From NCBI GenBank assembly GCA_000092065.1, contig CP000588.1: a DNA stretch of 64,000 nt; one strand, given 5' to 3'. Below are positions 10,171-20,335 of the stretch, piece by piece (positions within the stretch are counted from its first letter, which is position 1; each line of letters opens with the position of its first letter). A model generated the notes under the pieces. The model did no database searches, was not told the origin of the DNA, and worked only from the letters and a program-made list of their open reading frames with translations. The stretch comes from Ostreococcus lucimarinus. Lineage: Eukaryota. Made by a program: the position numbers and the translations under genes.

Positions 10171-11217
10171 TCACTGTTGAGGCGAAAAAAACGCCGGCGG
10201 CGCGTCTGCGCGCGTGGGCGCCGGGCGGTTGCGAAATAACAACGACGAGACGCGATCGTTCAACCTTGTCATGCTCTCTCGCGCACGACGCTTGTACTCT
10301 TCGACGATCGCCGGCAACGCTTCGTCGTGGTCTATATATATATCATCCATGCTCTCGACTAACTCATCCTCCGCCGCGGAGAGAGCATGGCGAAAACGGT
10401 CCATCTCGTCGACGTCGGCGTCGGCGTCTGCGAACTCGATTTCCGTGATTCGATCGTCCAGTTCCCGCAGAACCCCGATCTGCTGACGCAGGTACTCCAC
10501 CGCGACGACGGTCGAGTCCGGCGTCGGCATCGAGTATTCCGATTCCCCCTCCGATTCCTCGCCCGCGTTCGCCGGCATCGCGAGTTCCGTCGTCGCCTCG
10601 CCGCTCCCCAACGCGCGGTACCGAACCGTCTCCACCGACGACGACGTCGTCGTCGATCGCGCGCGCTCCACTCGCGACACCGTCTTCAGCGACGCCGCGT
10701 CCTCGTTCACCTCGCTCAACGACCGCCCTCGAATCTTCGTCTCCGCGCGTCTCTTCGCCAACGCCTCCGCGCCCGCCGGATACTTTTCGCGCACGTACGC
10801 CTCCAAGCTCTCGAACCCAACCCTCGTCGCGTGCGCCTCCAGAATCTCACCAAACGTCAAAAACGCTTCCCTCGCCGCGAGCGCCATCGCCAGCGCGCAC
10901 GCGCCGTCCGCCTCCGCCGTCGGGTCGGCGCCGTATCGCGTCAGCAGCGTCTCCGCGAATTCCCCCTTGCCCGTCTTCACCGCCTCCGTCAGCATCGTCA
11001 GCCCGCGTCCGTTGAGCGTGTTAAACTTCAGCGACACCACGCCGACGCCGCCGTAGACTCGCACCGCGGCGTCGAGGTTGCGCTCGAACTGGTCGCGCTT
11101 GTCGCGCTTCATGTCGGCGACGGCGAGCAATAAATTCACCGACGCCGACGCGCGCTTCGCGCGATCCAGCGGCAGCGCGCGCGCGATGGACGACAGATCG
11201 AATCCCGCGATCGACAT
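10171..11217 (-). CDS. Ankyrin-repeat protein (function unknown)
   Basis: 348-aa ORF with ATG at 11215-11217. Ankyrin-like repeats (LNGRGLTMLTEAVKTGKGEFAETLLTRYGADPTAEADGACALAMA). Acidic C-terminal half. Confidence 0.55.
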   Translation of the reverse strand: MSIAGFDLSSIARALPLDRAKRASASVNLLLAVADMKRDKRDQFERNLDAAVRVYGGVGVVSLKFNTLNGRGLTMLTEAVKTGKGEFAETLLTRYGADPTAEADGACALAMALAAREAFLTFGEILEAHATRVGFESLEAYVREKYPAGAEALAKRRAETKIRGRSLSEVNEDAASLKTVSRVERARSTTTSSSVETVRYRALGSGEATTELAMPANAGEESEGESEYSMPTPDSTVVAVEYLRQQIGVLRELDDRITEIEFADADADVDEMDRFRHALSAAEDELVESMDDIYIDHDEALPAIVEEYKRRARESMTRLNDRVSSLLFRNRPAPTRADAPPAFFSPQQ

Positions 11218-11514
11218 CGCGCGCGCGGTCGCGCCGCGCGAGGCGCGCGTCGCGAACGGACGCGCGGACGCGCGCCGTCCCGCGCGCGCGCGCCCACATC
11301 GCTCACATTTTTATATAGCGTCATTGGACGTATTATAGTGCCTCAGAGTCCATATAATGACGGTACGCATACCCATTTACCAGAGAATGACAAAGACCCC
11401 GTCGAGATCGACGCGCGGGGGAACCAACGCGCGAACGATTTCGTCGGTTCGGTTCCCGCGTCACATCGCGCGGCGACCGACGCGACGCGCGACGACGCGA
11501 CGCGCGACGACGGG

Positions 11515-12735
11515 ATGTTTGAAAATTTCGCGTCGACCTCGCGCTCGACGCTCGAGCGCGGCGCGTCGAGCGAACGCGAACGGCGACCGTTCGCGGATTT
11601 GCGAAACGACGCGAGCGCGGGACGGGGGGACTCGGGCGCGTCGCGCGCGTCCACGGTGGAGCTGCGACGGGGCGCGCGATGGGCGCGGGATGATTTCGTC
11701 GAGACGCCCGCGGCGCTGCGAAAGCGAGTGGAGTCGCTGGACGCGTTCGGGACGGTGCGAAGGACGGAGGACGCGACGCCGGCGAGCTTCGCGGCGGAGA
11801 CGACGACGGACGGAGGACGAATGACGGAGGAGTTCGATCGGAAGCGGGCGCTGACGCCGTATTACGGCGAGATGCGAGGCGAGCGAGTGGCGTGCGGGGT
11901 GGTGCAGACGCCGGAGACGGAGAGCGTGGGAGAGGCGATGCGGCGGGAGACGCGGCGGCGCGCGGAGGCGAGCGAGGGGTACGGAGCGCGGGGCGCGGTG
12001 CTGGAGGTGTTGTTGTGGCGAGACGCCGCGCGATCGGCGATTCATTTCACGATTGGGATGACGATGTTGTTGTTCGTGCGTCTCGCGCCGCGGTCGACGG
12101 TGAGTGGGGTGAGTTTGACGGCGTACGCGTCGATGGCGTACTTGGCGTACAAGTACGTGTGGGCGGTGATGTTTCCGCGACTGTCGTACGGTTTAGAGCT
12201 GAACGATCGCGCGGTGGGAGATATGGCGCAGCGGTGGGCGATTTCATTCAACGCGTGGGCGTCCAGACACCGAGGCGTGCTCGCGGGACGGGACAACAGC
12301 GCCGTGTTTCGAACGTTTCTCGCGTTGTACGCCGTCAGCGCGCTCGGGCACGTCATGTCCGCGTGGGCCGTCGCCACGACGCTCTGGGTCGGCGCGTTCA
12401 CCGTGCCTCCATTTTTCGACGCGTATAGATACTCGATCACCAACGCCTACGTCACCGCTCACATTTTCACGTCCTCTCGCTTCAACGCGCTGAGCGCGCC
12501 GAAGCGTTGGATCGGCGGTTTACTCCTCGGCGCCTTCGCCTTCGCCTCGGTCAACGTCAAGGCGAGATTTTGTCTCTCCTTCCTCGCCCTCGTCGCCTTT
12601 CGCATGTTCCGCGAAACGCACGTCAAGGAGCTCGCGGCGTTCGAGAACATCGTCCGAAGCGCCAGCCGTCGAGTGTCCCGCAGCATGAACGAGTTCGCCA
12701 TGATTTTATCCCCCGCCGCGCGCCACCGCCGATGA
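11515..12735 (+). CDS. Reticulon-like protein (RHD domain)
   Basis: C-terminal reticulon homology domain: VLEVLLWRDAARSAIHFTIGMTMLLFV ... two long hydrophobic hairpins ... C-terminal amphipathic tail. The ORF opens at 11338 with GTG; the first ATG is at 11515. Confidence 0.65.
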   Translation: MFENFASTSRSTLERGASSERERRPFADLRNDASAGRGDSGASRASTVELRRGARWARDDFVETPAALRKRVESLDAFGTVRRTEDATPASFAAETTTDGGRMTEEFDRKRALTPYYGEMRGERVACGVVQTPETESVGEAMRRETRRRAEASEGYGARGAVLEVLLWRDAARSAIHFTIGMTMLLFVRLAPRSTVSGVSLTAYASMAYLAYKYVWAVMFPRLSYGLELNDRAVGDMAQRWAISFNAWASRHRGVLAGRDNSAVFRTFLALYAVSALGHVMSAWAVATTLWVGAFTVPPFFDAYRYSITNAYVTAHIFTSSRFNALSAPKRWIGGLLLGAFAFASVNVKARFCLSFLALVAFRMFRETHVKELAAFENIVRSASRRVSRSMNEFAMILSPAARHRR

Positions 12736-12851
12736 GTTAGTTAGAGTCGATGACGATGACGATGACACTGGCACGACGACGACGATCCACGCGACACTTC
12801 ACGACGACGCGCCCGTCCCGGCGCTTCGCATTGTAACGCAAATTTATGCCA

Positions 12852-14151
12852 TCACCACTCTTCGTTAATGCGCACGGCGAGTTGATTCGCCAAAGCCTTG
12901 ACGGCGCGCCGGGCGTAAAAACTGCGAAACGGTTCGGGCAACTCGTCCAACGCGCTCCCCGCGCGCGAGGCGAGATCACACGCCTCTTTGCCCGCAACCA
13001 AGTCTTTATTACCGTAGATATCACTCGGATTGTACGCGCTCGGTTCAAACGTGCGAAAGAACACATTCACCGCCACGGACGCGCCGTCGCCCGAGGCGTA
13101 GACGTGATGAAACCAAAACGCGGGAATGAACAGAGCGTCGCCCGGGCGAAGCTTGATTTTCAACGCCGCGTCTTTGGCGTACTTATCGAACAGTGGAAAT
13201 TCTCCGGGCGCGTCGTTTGGGTAATTCACGCGCGAACTCGAGCCTTGGACGTACATGTACGAGTCCACCTCTGGTGGAAACAACGTCACCTCCTTTTCGC
13301 CGGCGAGTTGAATCAGAACGTTATCGTGCGTGTCAAAGTGCGTCTGGAGCGTCGTCTCGGACGAACTGATTCGCAACACGGAGCTGTGAAAGCGCGTCTC
13401 GGGCCACACGCATTCGAGCTCGAGCGCCCGAGCGAGTCCCGGATGCGTTCGACGCACGTCCGCGCGCGCCTTACCGTCGACGCTTCTCAAATAATATCGC
13501 TCACCTTCCCCAATCAACGGTTCGCGTCCCGCGCGCTCGCTCACGCGATCGAGAAACTCACCGAACGCCATCTTTCGGAACTGAAAGTTTCTCGGCGTCC
13601 CCGGCGCGCGGTGTCCGGCTAAATCTATGACGCGCTCGGCGCACACGTGCACGTCGACGACGGCGTCGACGTCGCACGCCTCGCGCACGCGTTCGATCGA
13701 CCACGCGCTCGAGCAGTACCCCCGACACACCATCGGCCCGCGCGCGCATTCACCTCCCGAACCGCTCGACGCCAGCATCGCCCGCATCGCGTCCGCGTCC
13801 ACGTCCGATCCTCCCTCGCGTTCGCTCGCCGCGCGTCTCGCCGGAAACAACCACCGCGCGTCTCTTCCCGGATCCTCCCGAATCCGCCCCACTCGCGCCG
13901 CGCCCGCGTCCGCGTCCCGCGTCTCCGCGCGTCGCCGCCTCCCCCCTCGCGCGCCGTCGCGCTCGTCGCGCAGTCTCACCGCGAAGACGACGTCCCGCTC
14001 GCTCGCCGTCGCGTCCCGCGCCGCCGCCAGCCTTCGCGCTCGCACCGGCACCGCCAGCACCTCGCGCGCGCGCGCCCCACCGAACCGCGTCTCGCGCATC
14101 TCTCGCGTCGTCATCGTCGTCGTCGTCGCGCCGTCGAGCGCGAGCCACGTC

Positions 14152-14185
<34 letters not shown>

Positions 14186-14342
14186 GCGCCGTCACCGAAC
14201 CGTCATCCTCATCGTCGTCGTCGTCGTCGCCGACGCGCGCGAGCGTCCGCGCGCGCCCGCCCGCGGCGCCGACGCGTTTCACCGCGTCCTTCACGCGTTT
14301 CCCGACGCCGTTCGTCACCGGCGCGCACGCGTGGATCGACAT
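12852..14342 (-). CDS. JmjC-domain (cupin) protein, 2OG/Fe(II) hydroxylase-type, with poly-Asp/Arg-rich N-terminal extension
   Basis: JmjC core HFDTHDNVLIQLAGEKEVTLFPP...KLRPGDALFIPAFWFHHVYAS...VAVNVFF. ATG at 14340-14342. The N-terminal 250 aa are low complexity (D-runs) and the true start may lie further inside. Confidence 0.7.
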
Positions 14343-14752
14343 CGTTCGATTCGCGATTCGCGCGCGACGAAATGCGTCGCGACGACGTCCTCGCCGCGTC
14401 GCCTCGCGTTCCGACCATCGCGCGCGCGTCGCATTTTTTCGCGTCGTCGCGTTTTTTCGCCCGACGCGGCGCGCGCGCGGTCGCGCGCGCGCCGTCGACG
14501 CGCGCGCGACTCGACGTAAAAACGCATCGAAAACGTCTTCCGAGGCGGATCTCCGCGCGCGCGCCGGCGCGACGGTCGCGTCGGCGCGTCGGCGCGCGCT
14601 CGAGCGCGCGCGACTATTTTTTTTCGCGCGACGTCGCGGTCGAGCGCGCGCTCGATCGTCGTCGACGGCGCCGCGCCGCGCGCGGTCGGTCGCCGCGCGC
14701 GGTCGCGCGTCGCGCGCGTCGCGGCGCGACGCGCGTCACGGCGCGACGCGTC

Positions 14753-15985
14753 ATGGACGTCGAGCGCGACGCGGCGCGCGCGCTCGCGGCGATGTCGACG
14801 ACGATCGAGCGCGCGACGACGACGCGCGACCGCGCGAACGACGCGCGACTCGGGTCGGGCGCGCGACGCGAGACGATGGACGAGGCGAAGGGCGCGACGG
14901 CGACGGCGCGAGGATCGGCGACGAGGGCGGCGTCGGCGCGCGAGACGGCGGTGCGAACGCCGATGATTCGCGAGGCGCGGCGGCGGGCGACGACGAGGAC
15001 GAGGACGCGCGAGGGGGGGGAGGGCGGGCGCGGGGCGCGCGAGGACGGTTTGAAATTCAAAGTCGGCGGCGACGACGAGACGCGGTCGACGAGAGGGGCG
15101 AGCGCGAGCGCGTCGGGGGGGGCGCGCGAGGCGGTGGTGGTTGGAATGCGATTAGACGCGCTGTTTGACGCCGCCGCGGATCGGGAGACGAGGGATTCGG
15201 AAGCGGCGACGAGGGCGGACGATTTGACGGCGTTCGCGGCGGCGATGACGCCGCGGGCGCGCGAGAGAGCGCCGCGGCGCGCGCTGGCGGTGTACGAGAA
15301 GACATTCGTGTGTGGGATAGGAGGGTGTGAGAAGAGTTACGGGAGCGCTTCGAGTTTGTGCGCGCATAAACGAGCGAGACATCCGGGTTGGCGCGAAGCG
15401 GCGACCGCGACGAAGGCGACGACGATCAAGAAGGAAGACGACGAAGACGTGATCGACGGCGCCGGAGACGCCGGAGACGCGGTCGATGATGATGGTAACG
15501 TCTTCGACGACGCGTCGATGCGCCTGGCGCGCAAACGCGGGGCGAGCGGTTTGAACGACGCGAACCGCGCGTCGGCGCTCGGCGCCTACTTTGAAATCGT
15601 CGCCGCGGATGCGCACGGACGTTTGAGTTCGGCGAATCGAACCAAACGGCGTCTCGTTCGTCTTTCTAAAGACGCGGGCGCGTGCGCGAACGACCCGAGC
15701 GAGCCCGCGGAACGGCGCGCCGCCGCCGCCGCCGCCGCGCGCGTCTTCGCGACGGTGGAAGAGTCCGTCGACGGCGAGCAAGAGCGCGCCAGCGCTTGGT
15801 TACACACCCTCGACGACGCCTCGAGGGCGGTTTCGAAAACTCAAACCTCGTCGTCGATCATCGACGCACGAGCGCTCGACCCGGACGCGCGTTCGCACGC
15901 GCCGGAGCTCGTCCGCGCGTGCGTTCGGCACCGCATCGCTCGCGTCTTACGCCGAGCCTTCGTCCAAGCCGCGTCGCCGGCGTGA
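14753..15985 (+). CDS. Putative C2H2 zinc-finger protein (single finger FVCGIGGCEKSYGSASSLCAHKRARH), low-complexity rich
   Basis: ATG at 14753 in the long ORF 14372..15985. One clear C2H2 finger. The rest is Arg/Ala/Asp-rich, so the gene model is weak. Confidence 0.3.
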   Translation: MDVERDAARALAAMSTTIERATTTRDRANDARLGSGARRETMDEAKGATATARGSATRAASARETAVRTPMIREARRRATTRTRTREGGEGGRGAREDGLKFKVGGDDETRSTRGASASASGGAREAVVVGMRLDALFDAAADRETRDSEAATRADDLTAFAAAMTPRARERAPRRALAVYEKTFVCGIGGCEKSYGSASSLCAHKRARHPGWREAATATKATTIKKEDDEDVIDGAGDAGDAVDDDGNVFDDASMRLARKRGASGLNDANRASALGAYFEIVAADAHGRLSSANRTKRRLVRLSKDAGACANDPSEPAERRAAAAAAARVFATVEESVDGEQERASAWLHTLDDASRAVSKTQTSSSIIDARALDPDARSHAPELVRACVRHRIARVLRRAFVQAASPA

Positions 15986-16154
15986 TTTATTTCATTTTTA
16001 ATACTATTTCCCGACCGAACGCCAGCGAAACCGATCGCGTCGATCGCTGCCTCGCGGCCGTGCCCGGCCCATCATGAGCAGCCCGGCCGGTCACGGCGCG
16101 GGCGGCGTCAACAGTTAAAATAGTGACAATAAGAGAAGACAATTTTTACCGCAC

Positions 16155-16823
16155 ATGCGCGCGCGCGCCTCGCCCGTCGGCGCGCGCGCGATGGGCGCCC
16201 CCACCCGCGGCGCCGCCCGCGCGCCTCGCGCGACGCTCCCCGAGCTCGACGCGCGCGCCGACGCGCGTCCGATCCGTCCCCGCCACCTCGTCGCGAACGA
16301 AATCATCGTCGTCGACGACGCCCTCACCGCGCGAGACTGCGCGCGAATCGTCGACGCGATCGGCGATGACTTCGCGGCGAGCTCGAGCCGCGGACCGCGG
16401 CACGGCGAGGCGCGGCGACGAAACGGACGGTTCGCGGAGACGAGCGAGGCGTTCGCGCGACGGCTGTACGAGAGGGCGAACGTCGCGGCGACGTTTGGAT
16501 TTGAAATCGACGACGCGGTGGGATTGAATCCAAACATACGAGTGTATCGGTATCGAGCGCGCGAACACTTCGGCGCGCACGTCGACGAGCGCGTGACGGC
16601 GCTCGGGAGACGAAGTAAGTACACGGCGTTGTTTTATCTGAGCGAAGACGTCGAGGGCGGGTCGACTATTTTTTACGACGAGGTCGGAGAAGAACGGTGT
16701 CGAGTGCGACCGAAGATCGGACGGGCGCTTTATTTCAGGCACGGTGCGGACATGCCCGAGCACGAGGGGGAGGAAGTGCGCGAGGGGACGAAGTACGTGC
16801 TCAGGAGCGACGTGTTGTTTTGA
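16155..16823 (+). CDS. 2OG-Fe(II) oxygenase, prolyl 4-hydroxylase-like (P4Hc)
   Basis: ATG at 16155. HxD...H iron triad (HFGAHVDE ... TKYVLRSDV) typical of P4H/PKHD-type hydroxylases. Confidence 0.7.
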   Translation: MRARASPVGARAMGAPTRGAARAPRATLPELDARADARPIRPRHLVANEIIVVDDALTARDCARIVDAIGDDFAASSSRGPRHGEARRRNGRFAETSEAFARRLYERANVAATFGFEIDDAVGLNPNIRVYRYRAREHFGAHVDERVTALGRRSKYTALFYLSEDVEGGSTIFYDEVGEERCRVRPKIGRALYFRHGADMPEHEGEEVREGTKYVLRSDVLF

Positions 16824-16916
16824 TGAGATGATGTACTGTACAGTCGTCGTCGCGAAAACTAGATGAAGAGCGAGCGGGAGTAGGAGTAGAGTAGGAGTAG
16901 AACAGGTGTGATCGAA

Positions 16917-18605
16917 TCAGCGCTTGAACATGCCCGTGAACGTGGTCGGTCCCTTTTCGCCACCGTTTTCTCGCACGCCGGGGGCGCGCGAACGCGTCGC
17001 CGCAAAGTCGCGCAAGAATTGCGAATCGCCCGCTTCGAAACCCAACAGAGAATCGGAGATACCCATACCCATCGCGTTGAGCGTGTCGCCACCGCCAAAA
17101 TCAGGAATTCCTGGTTCTATGTCGTCTATACCATCGAGCACACCGAGAAGCGATGCGTCGGAGTGTGGCATAAGTTTCGACTTCTTGGGCGAGCGGAAAA
17201 TGTCGCTCAGCGGAGGCGCCGCGGGCTGGGAGTTGACGCGCGCCAGCGGTTGACGCCCACGGGAACCAAGCGTAGGTGGAGGATTCGTGTCGCCGATATC
17301 GGCGAAGTCGCCCATCGTAAGCTCACCGGTCCCAATGTCTAACGGTTGCTTTACCGTCTTCGTCGCCGGCGTGTCGCCGGGAATCGGATCGAAAGTGACG
17401 GCGCCGATGGAGATGCCGCTGAACGCGTTAGACTTGCGTTTCTCGACCGTCTTCGGCGGCGTTTGACCGGGCGCGCGTGCCTTAGTCTCGTGCACCCACG
17501 CATATCGCAACCGAAAACACCTCGGTTCGTCCAGAGAAGCGAACAGGTCCGTCATCTTCAAGTCGCCAAACTTGACGTTCCAAGGACCGAGGGCGCCGGA
17601 TGCGCTTGAAAACGGGTAAATTTGTAAAATATGACTCGGCGTCGGCCGCGCATGCACCCACTTCTCGCTCAAGTGCAACGCGAGAGACGACACGGTCTTC
17701 CTTTGCCTCAACGCAAGCTCTAAAATCGGATTGAACCCTTTCGTCCCGGCGACTTGGTCGTACGTCTCCCGGTTGAGCGGGAACATTTGCACCACAAATT
17801 TAGGCTTGCCGTTTTCGACGATGACCGAGTCCGTCCCTTCAATATTCTCCCCGAACTCATCCACTACATCGTGCGTCACGTCAGTCTTCGCCACGGCGTC
17901 ACCTTTCCCGCGCCCGCTCGCCTCCATCTCGCCCATATTCCGCCACTCCGGCCGAAGCCCGGTCGCGCTCAAGTCTCTCCGCAGCGCCTCGGCGCACTTC
18001 TTTTGCAGCCCGTGCACCTTCGACCCCAATCGCTGTCCAAATGCCCGCACACTCTCACCCTCCAACCCCGCCGCCTGGCGAAACTTCCAATATGATCGAA
18101 ACGCCTCCAAAACCTCCCTCTTGTCCTTCGTATCCAAGCTCAAATTCAAACTCTTCAGGCACCCCTGCAACCGCCGCGTCGCGTTGAATCGAAACTTTTG
18201 CACCAACTTCCGATCCCGCTCGTACGGCGCCCGCTCCATCGCATCACACACTTTCTTCATGTTCCCATTCGTGCTCAGATACGTCTCGTAAAACATCCTC
18301 TCTTCCTCCAGCGTCCATTCCTTCTTCGCGTCGCGTCGCCCGTCGTCCTCGTCGTCCTCGTCCGCCTCCTCATCGCTCGCCAAGCTCCCCATCGGGCTCG
18401 ATTCGCTCTCCAGGCTCCCCATCGGTTGACTTCCGCTCGCGCTCGCGTCGTCCGCGTCCGCGCGTTCGTCGCTCGCGCGTTCGTCGCCGTCGCGCGTCGT
18501 CGTTCGATCGACGTCTTCACCGTCGTCGATCGACGACGCCTCGCGCGCGCGCGCCGCGACGGCGTCCGTCGCGCGCGTCGGCGCGGCTAACAGTGCCGTC
18601 ATCAT
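16917..18605 (-). CDS. Myb/SANT-domain protein (TSL-kinase-interacting-protein-1-like)
   Basis: SANT/Myb-like segment EWTLEEERMFYETYLSTNGNMKKVCDAMERAPYERDRKLVQKFRFN. The ORF opens at 18680 with TTG; the first ATG is MMTALLAAP at about 18605. Confidence 0.5.
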   Translation of the reverse strand: MMTALLAAPTRATDAVAARAREASSIDDGEDVDRTTTRDGDERASDERADADDASASGSQPMGSLESESSPMGSLASDEEADEDDEDDGRRDAKKEWTLEEERMFYETYLSTNGNMKKVCDAMERAPYERDRKLVQKFRFNATRRLQGCLKSLNLSLDTKDKREVLEAFRSYWKFRQAAGLEGESVRAFGQRLGSKVHGLQKKCAEALRRDLSATGLRPEWRNMGEMEASGRGKGDAVAKTDVTHDVVDEFGENIEGTDSVIVENGKPKFVVQMFPLNRETYDQVAGTKGFNPILELALRQRKTVSSLALHLSEKWVHARPTPSHILQIYPFSSASGALGPWNVKFGDLKMTDLFASLDEPRCFRLRYAWVHETKARAPGQTPPKTVEKRKSNAFSGISIGAVTFDPIPGDTPATKTVKQPLDIGTGELTMGDFADIGDTNPPPTLGSRGRQPLARVNSQPAAPPLSDIFRSPKKSKLMPHSDASLLGVLDGIDDIEPGIPDFGGGDTLNAMGMGISDSLLGFEAGDSQFLRDFAATRSRAPGVRENGGEKGPTTFTGMFKR

Positions 18606-18899
18606 GCGCGCCGCGCGCGTCGCCGCGACTCCGCGCGTCGATCGCGCGTCGCCGCGCGCGCGAATGAGGTTTGAATTCAAATATTTGAATCGTCGTTTTG
18701 ACGATCGACCGCACTCCGACGCGTCGCGCCTCGCCTCTTCGCGCGCGACGCGCGTCGCGCGCTCGAGACCGTCGCTCGCGACGCGCGACGGCGATCGAGC
18801 GCGCGTCGCGCGCGCGCGCGCGCTCGACGAGGCCCGCGGCGCGAGGTTTCCGCGCGACGGTCGCGACCGGCGAGGGCGTTGACTCGAGCGCGCGACGAC

Positions 18900-20273
18900 A
18901 TGGACGCGCCGGGCGCGTCGCCGACGTCGCGCATGATACGCGAGCTCGCGGCGGAGGTGCTGCGAACGCCCGAGGGCGCGGCGCGGGCGAAGGCGAGCGA
19001 TGCGGGACGGCGAGGGCGCGCGCGCGAGGACGGCGAGGGCGACGCGTTGACCGACGGCGGCGCGGCGACGGGGAGGGAGACGGAGGACGCGTCTATGGCG
19101 ACGAGCGCGTTCGAACGGCGGTTAGAGATGCTTGAACGCGAGGCAGAGCGCGTGGGGGTGAGTCTGGAGCGAGACGAGGCGGAGACGCGATCTGCGGCGG
19201 CGCGCGCGACGAGCGACGCGGAGCGCGAGGCGCTCGCGGCGGCGGCGGCGCGACGGGCGGCGGCGGCGGTCGAGGCCAGAGATGTGAGCCTGCGGGACGC
19301 GTTGAAAACGAAAGAACGCGCGATCGAGAGTCTCAGTGCGAGTTTGGCGTCGACGCGGGAGTCGTACGAGCGACGGTTACGCGTCGAGGCGGAGGCGAGC
19401 GCGGCGAACGCGGCGAGGGAGGAGGCTTTGCGGGGCGATATGCGCGCGCTGAGCGAGCGCGTGCGCTCGCTAGAGACGAAAGCGGAGGTTCGTGAACACA
19501 GGATAGCGTCGCAGCACGAGACGATCGGCAAGTTGACTCGCGATCTCGAAGCGAAGCGAGCGTTTGACGTGGAAGTCGCCGACCAGACGCGGACGTTGGA
19601 GATTGATCGTTTGGAACAGCGTTTGAGCGCCAGCGAGGCGCGCGCCGACGCGGCGGAACGGAAATTAGAGACATACTTTCTCGAGAAAGTTTCACTCGAG
19701 CGCGAGATCGCCGACTTGCGGGAGCGACTCGCGCGCGTACCCTCACAAGAGGCGCAAGACGAGGCGTTTCGTCTTCGAGTCGAGCGCGCCGCCGAGGCGA
19801 GAATCGCCACCGAACGGCTGGTGAACGAAGAGATGCAGACCAAAGCCGAACTCGCCGGGCTGTTCGCGCAAATTCGCGAGATGACGCTTCGAAGCGCGGG
19901 CGTGACGTCCGCGCCGCCGCCGACGGCGACGAGCGCCGCCGACGAACTCGCGCGAGTGAAGCGCGCCGCCGAAGCCGAAATCGAGTCCCGCGAGCGCGAG
20001 TTCGCGAGTCTCCAGGCCGACATCGGGCGTGAAAACGCCACCCTTCGTCGCGAACTCGCGTCGGTGCGCGCGAAGCTCAACGCCAAATTGGGCGTCGGAG
20101 CCGCGACGAACGCCGAATCCGAATCGTCGCCGTGGGCCGCCGAATTCTCCTTCGCCTCTCCCGCCTCCTTCGCCGCCGTCGAGTCTTCGCCATCGCGAAA
20201 ACCATCTCGCGCGTCTCCGTGCGATTCCACGGAGTCCTTCATAGAAATCATCCCGAGCGCCCGTGACGTGTAG
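18900..20273 (+). CDS. Coiled-coil protein, uncharacterized
   Basis: Long Ala/Glu/Arg-rich heptad-like region (LERDEAETRSAAARA...LEIDRLEQRLSASEARADAAERKLETYFLEKVSLEREIADLRERLAR). Start taken at the first ATG of the ORF. Confidence 0.45.
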   Translation: MDAPGASPTSRMIRELAAEVLRTPEGAARAKASDAGRRGRAREDGEGDALTDGGAATGRETEDASMATSAFERRLEMLEREAERVGVSLERDEAETRSAAARATSDAEREALAAAAARRAAAAVEARDVSLRDALKTKERAIESLSASLASTRESYERRLRVEAEASAANAAREEALRGDMRALSERVRSLETKAEVREHRIASQHETIGKLTRDLEAKRAFDVEVADQTRTLEIDRLEQRLSASEARADAAERKLETYFLEKVSLEREIADLRERLARVPSQEAQDEAFRLRVERAAEARIATERLVNEEMQTKAELAGLFAQIREMTLRSAGVTSAPPPTATSAADELARVKRAAEAEIESREREFASLQADIGRENATLRRELASVRAKLNAKLGVGAATNAESESSPWAAEFSFASPASFAAVESSPSRKPSRASPCDSTESFIEIIPSARDV

Positions 20274-20335
20274 TGCGACGCCGCGACGCTCGCGCGCTCG
20301 CCTCTTCTTCTTCGCTCGCCGCCGCACTCGTCGTC

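Noticed and set aside
18677-20251. 524-aa minus-strand ORF antisense to the coiled-coil gene
   Set aside because: Ser/Ala/Arg-rich low complexity. The plus-strand heptad coiled-coil reading is the coherent one.
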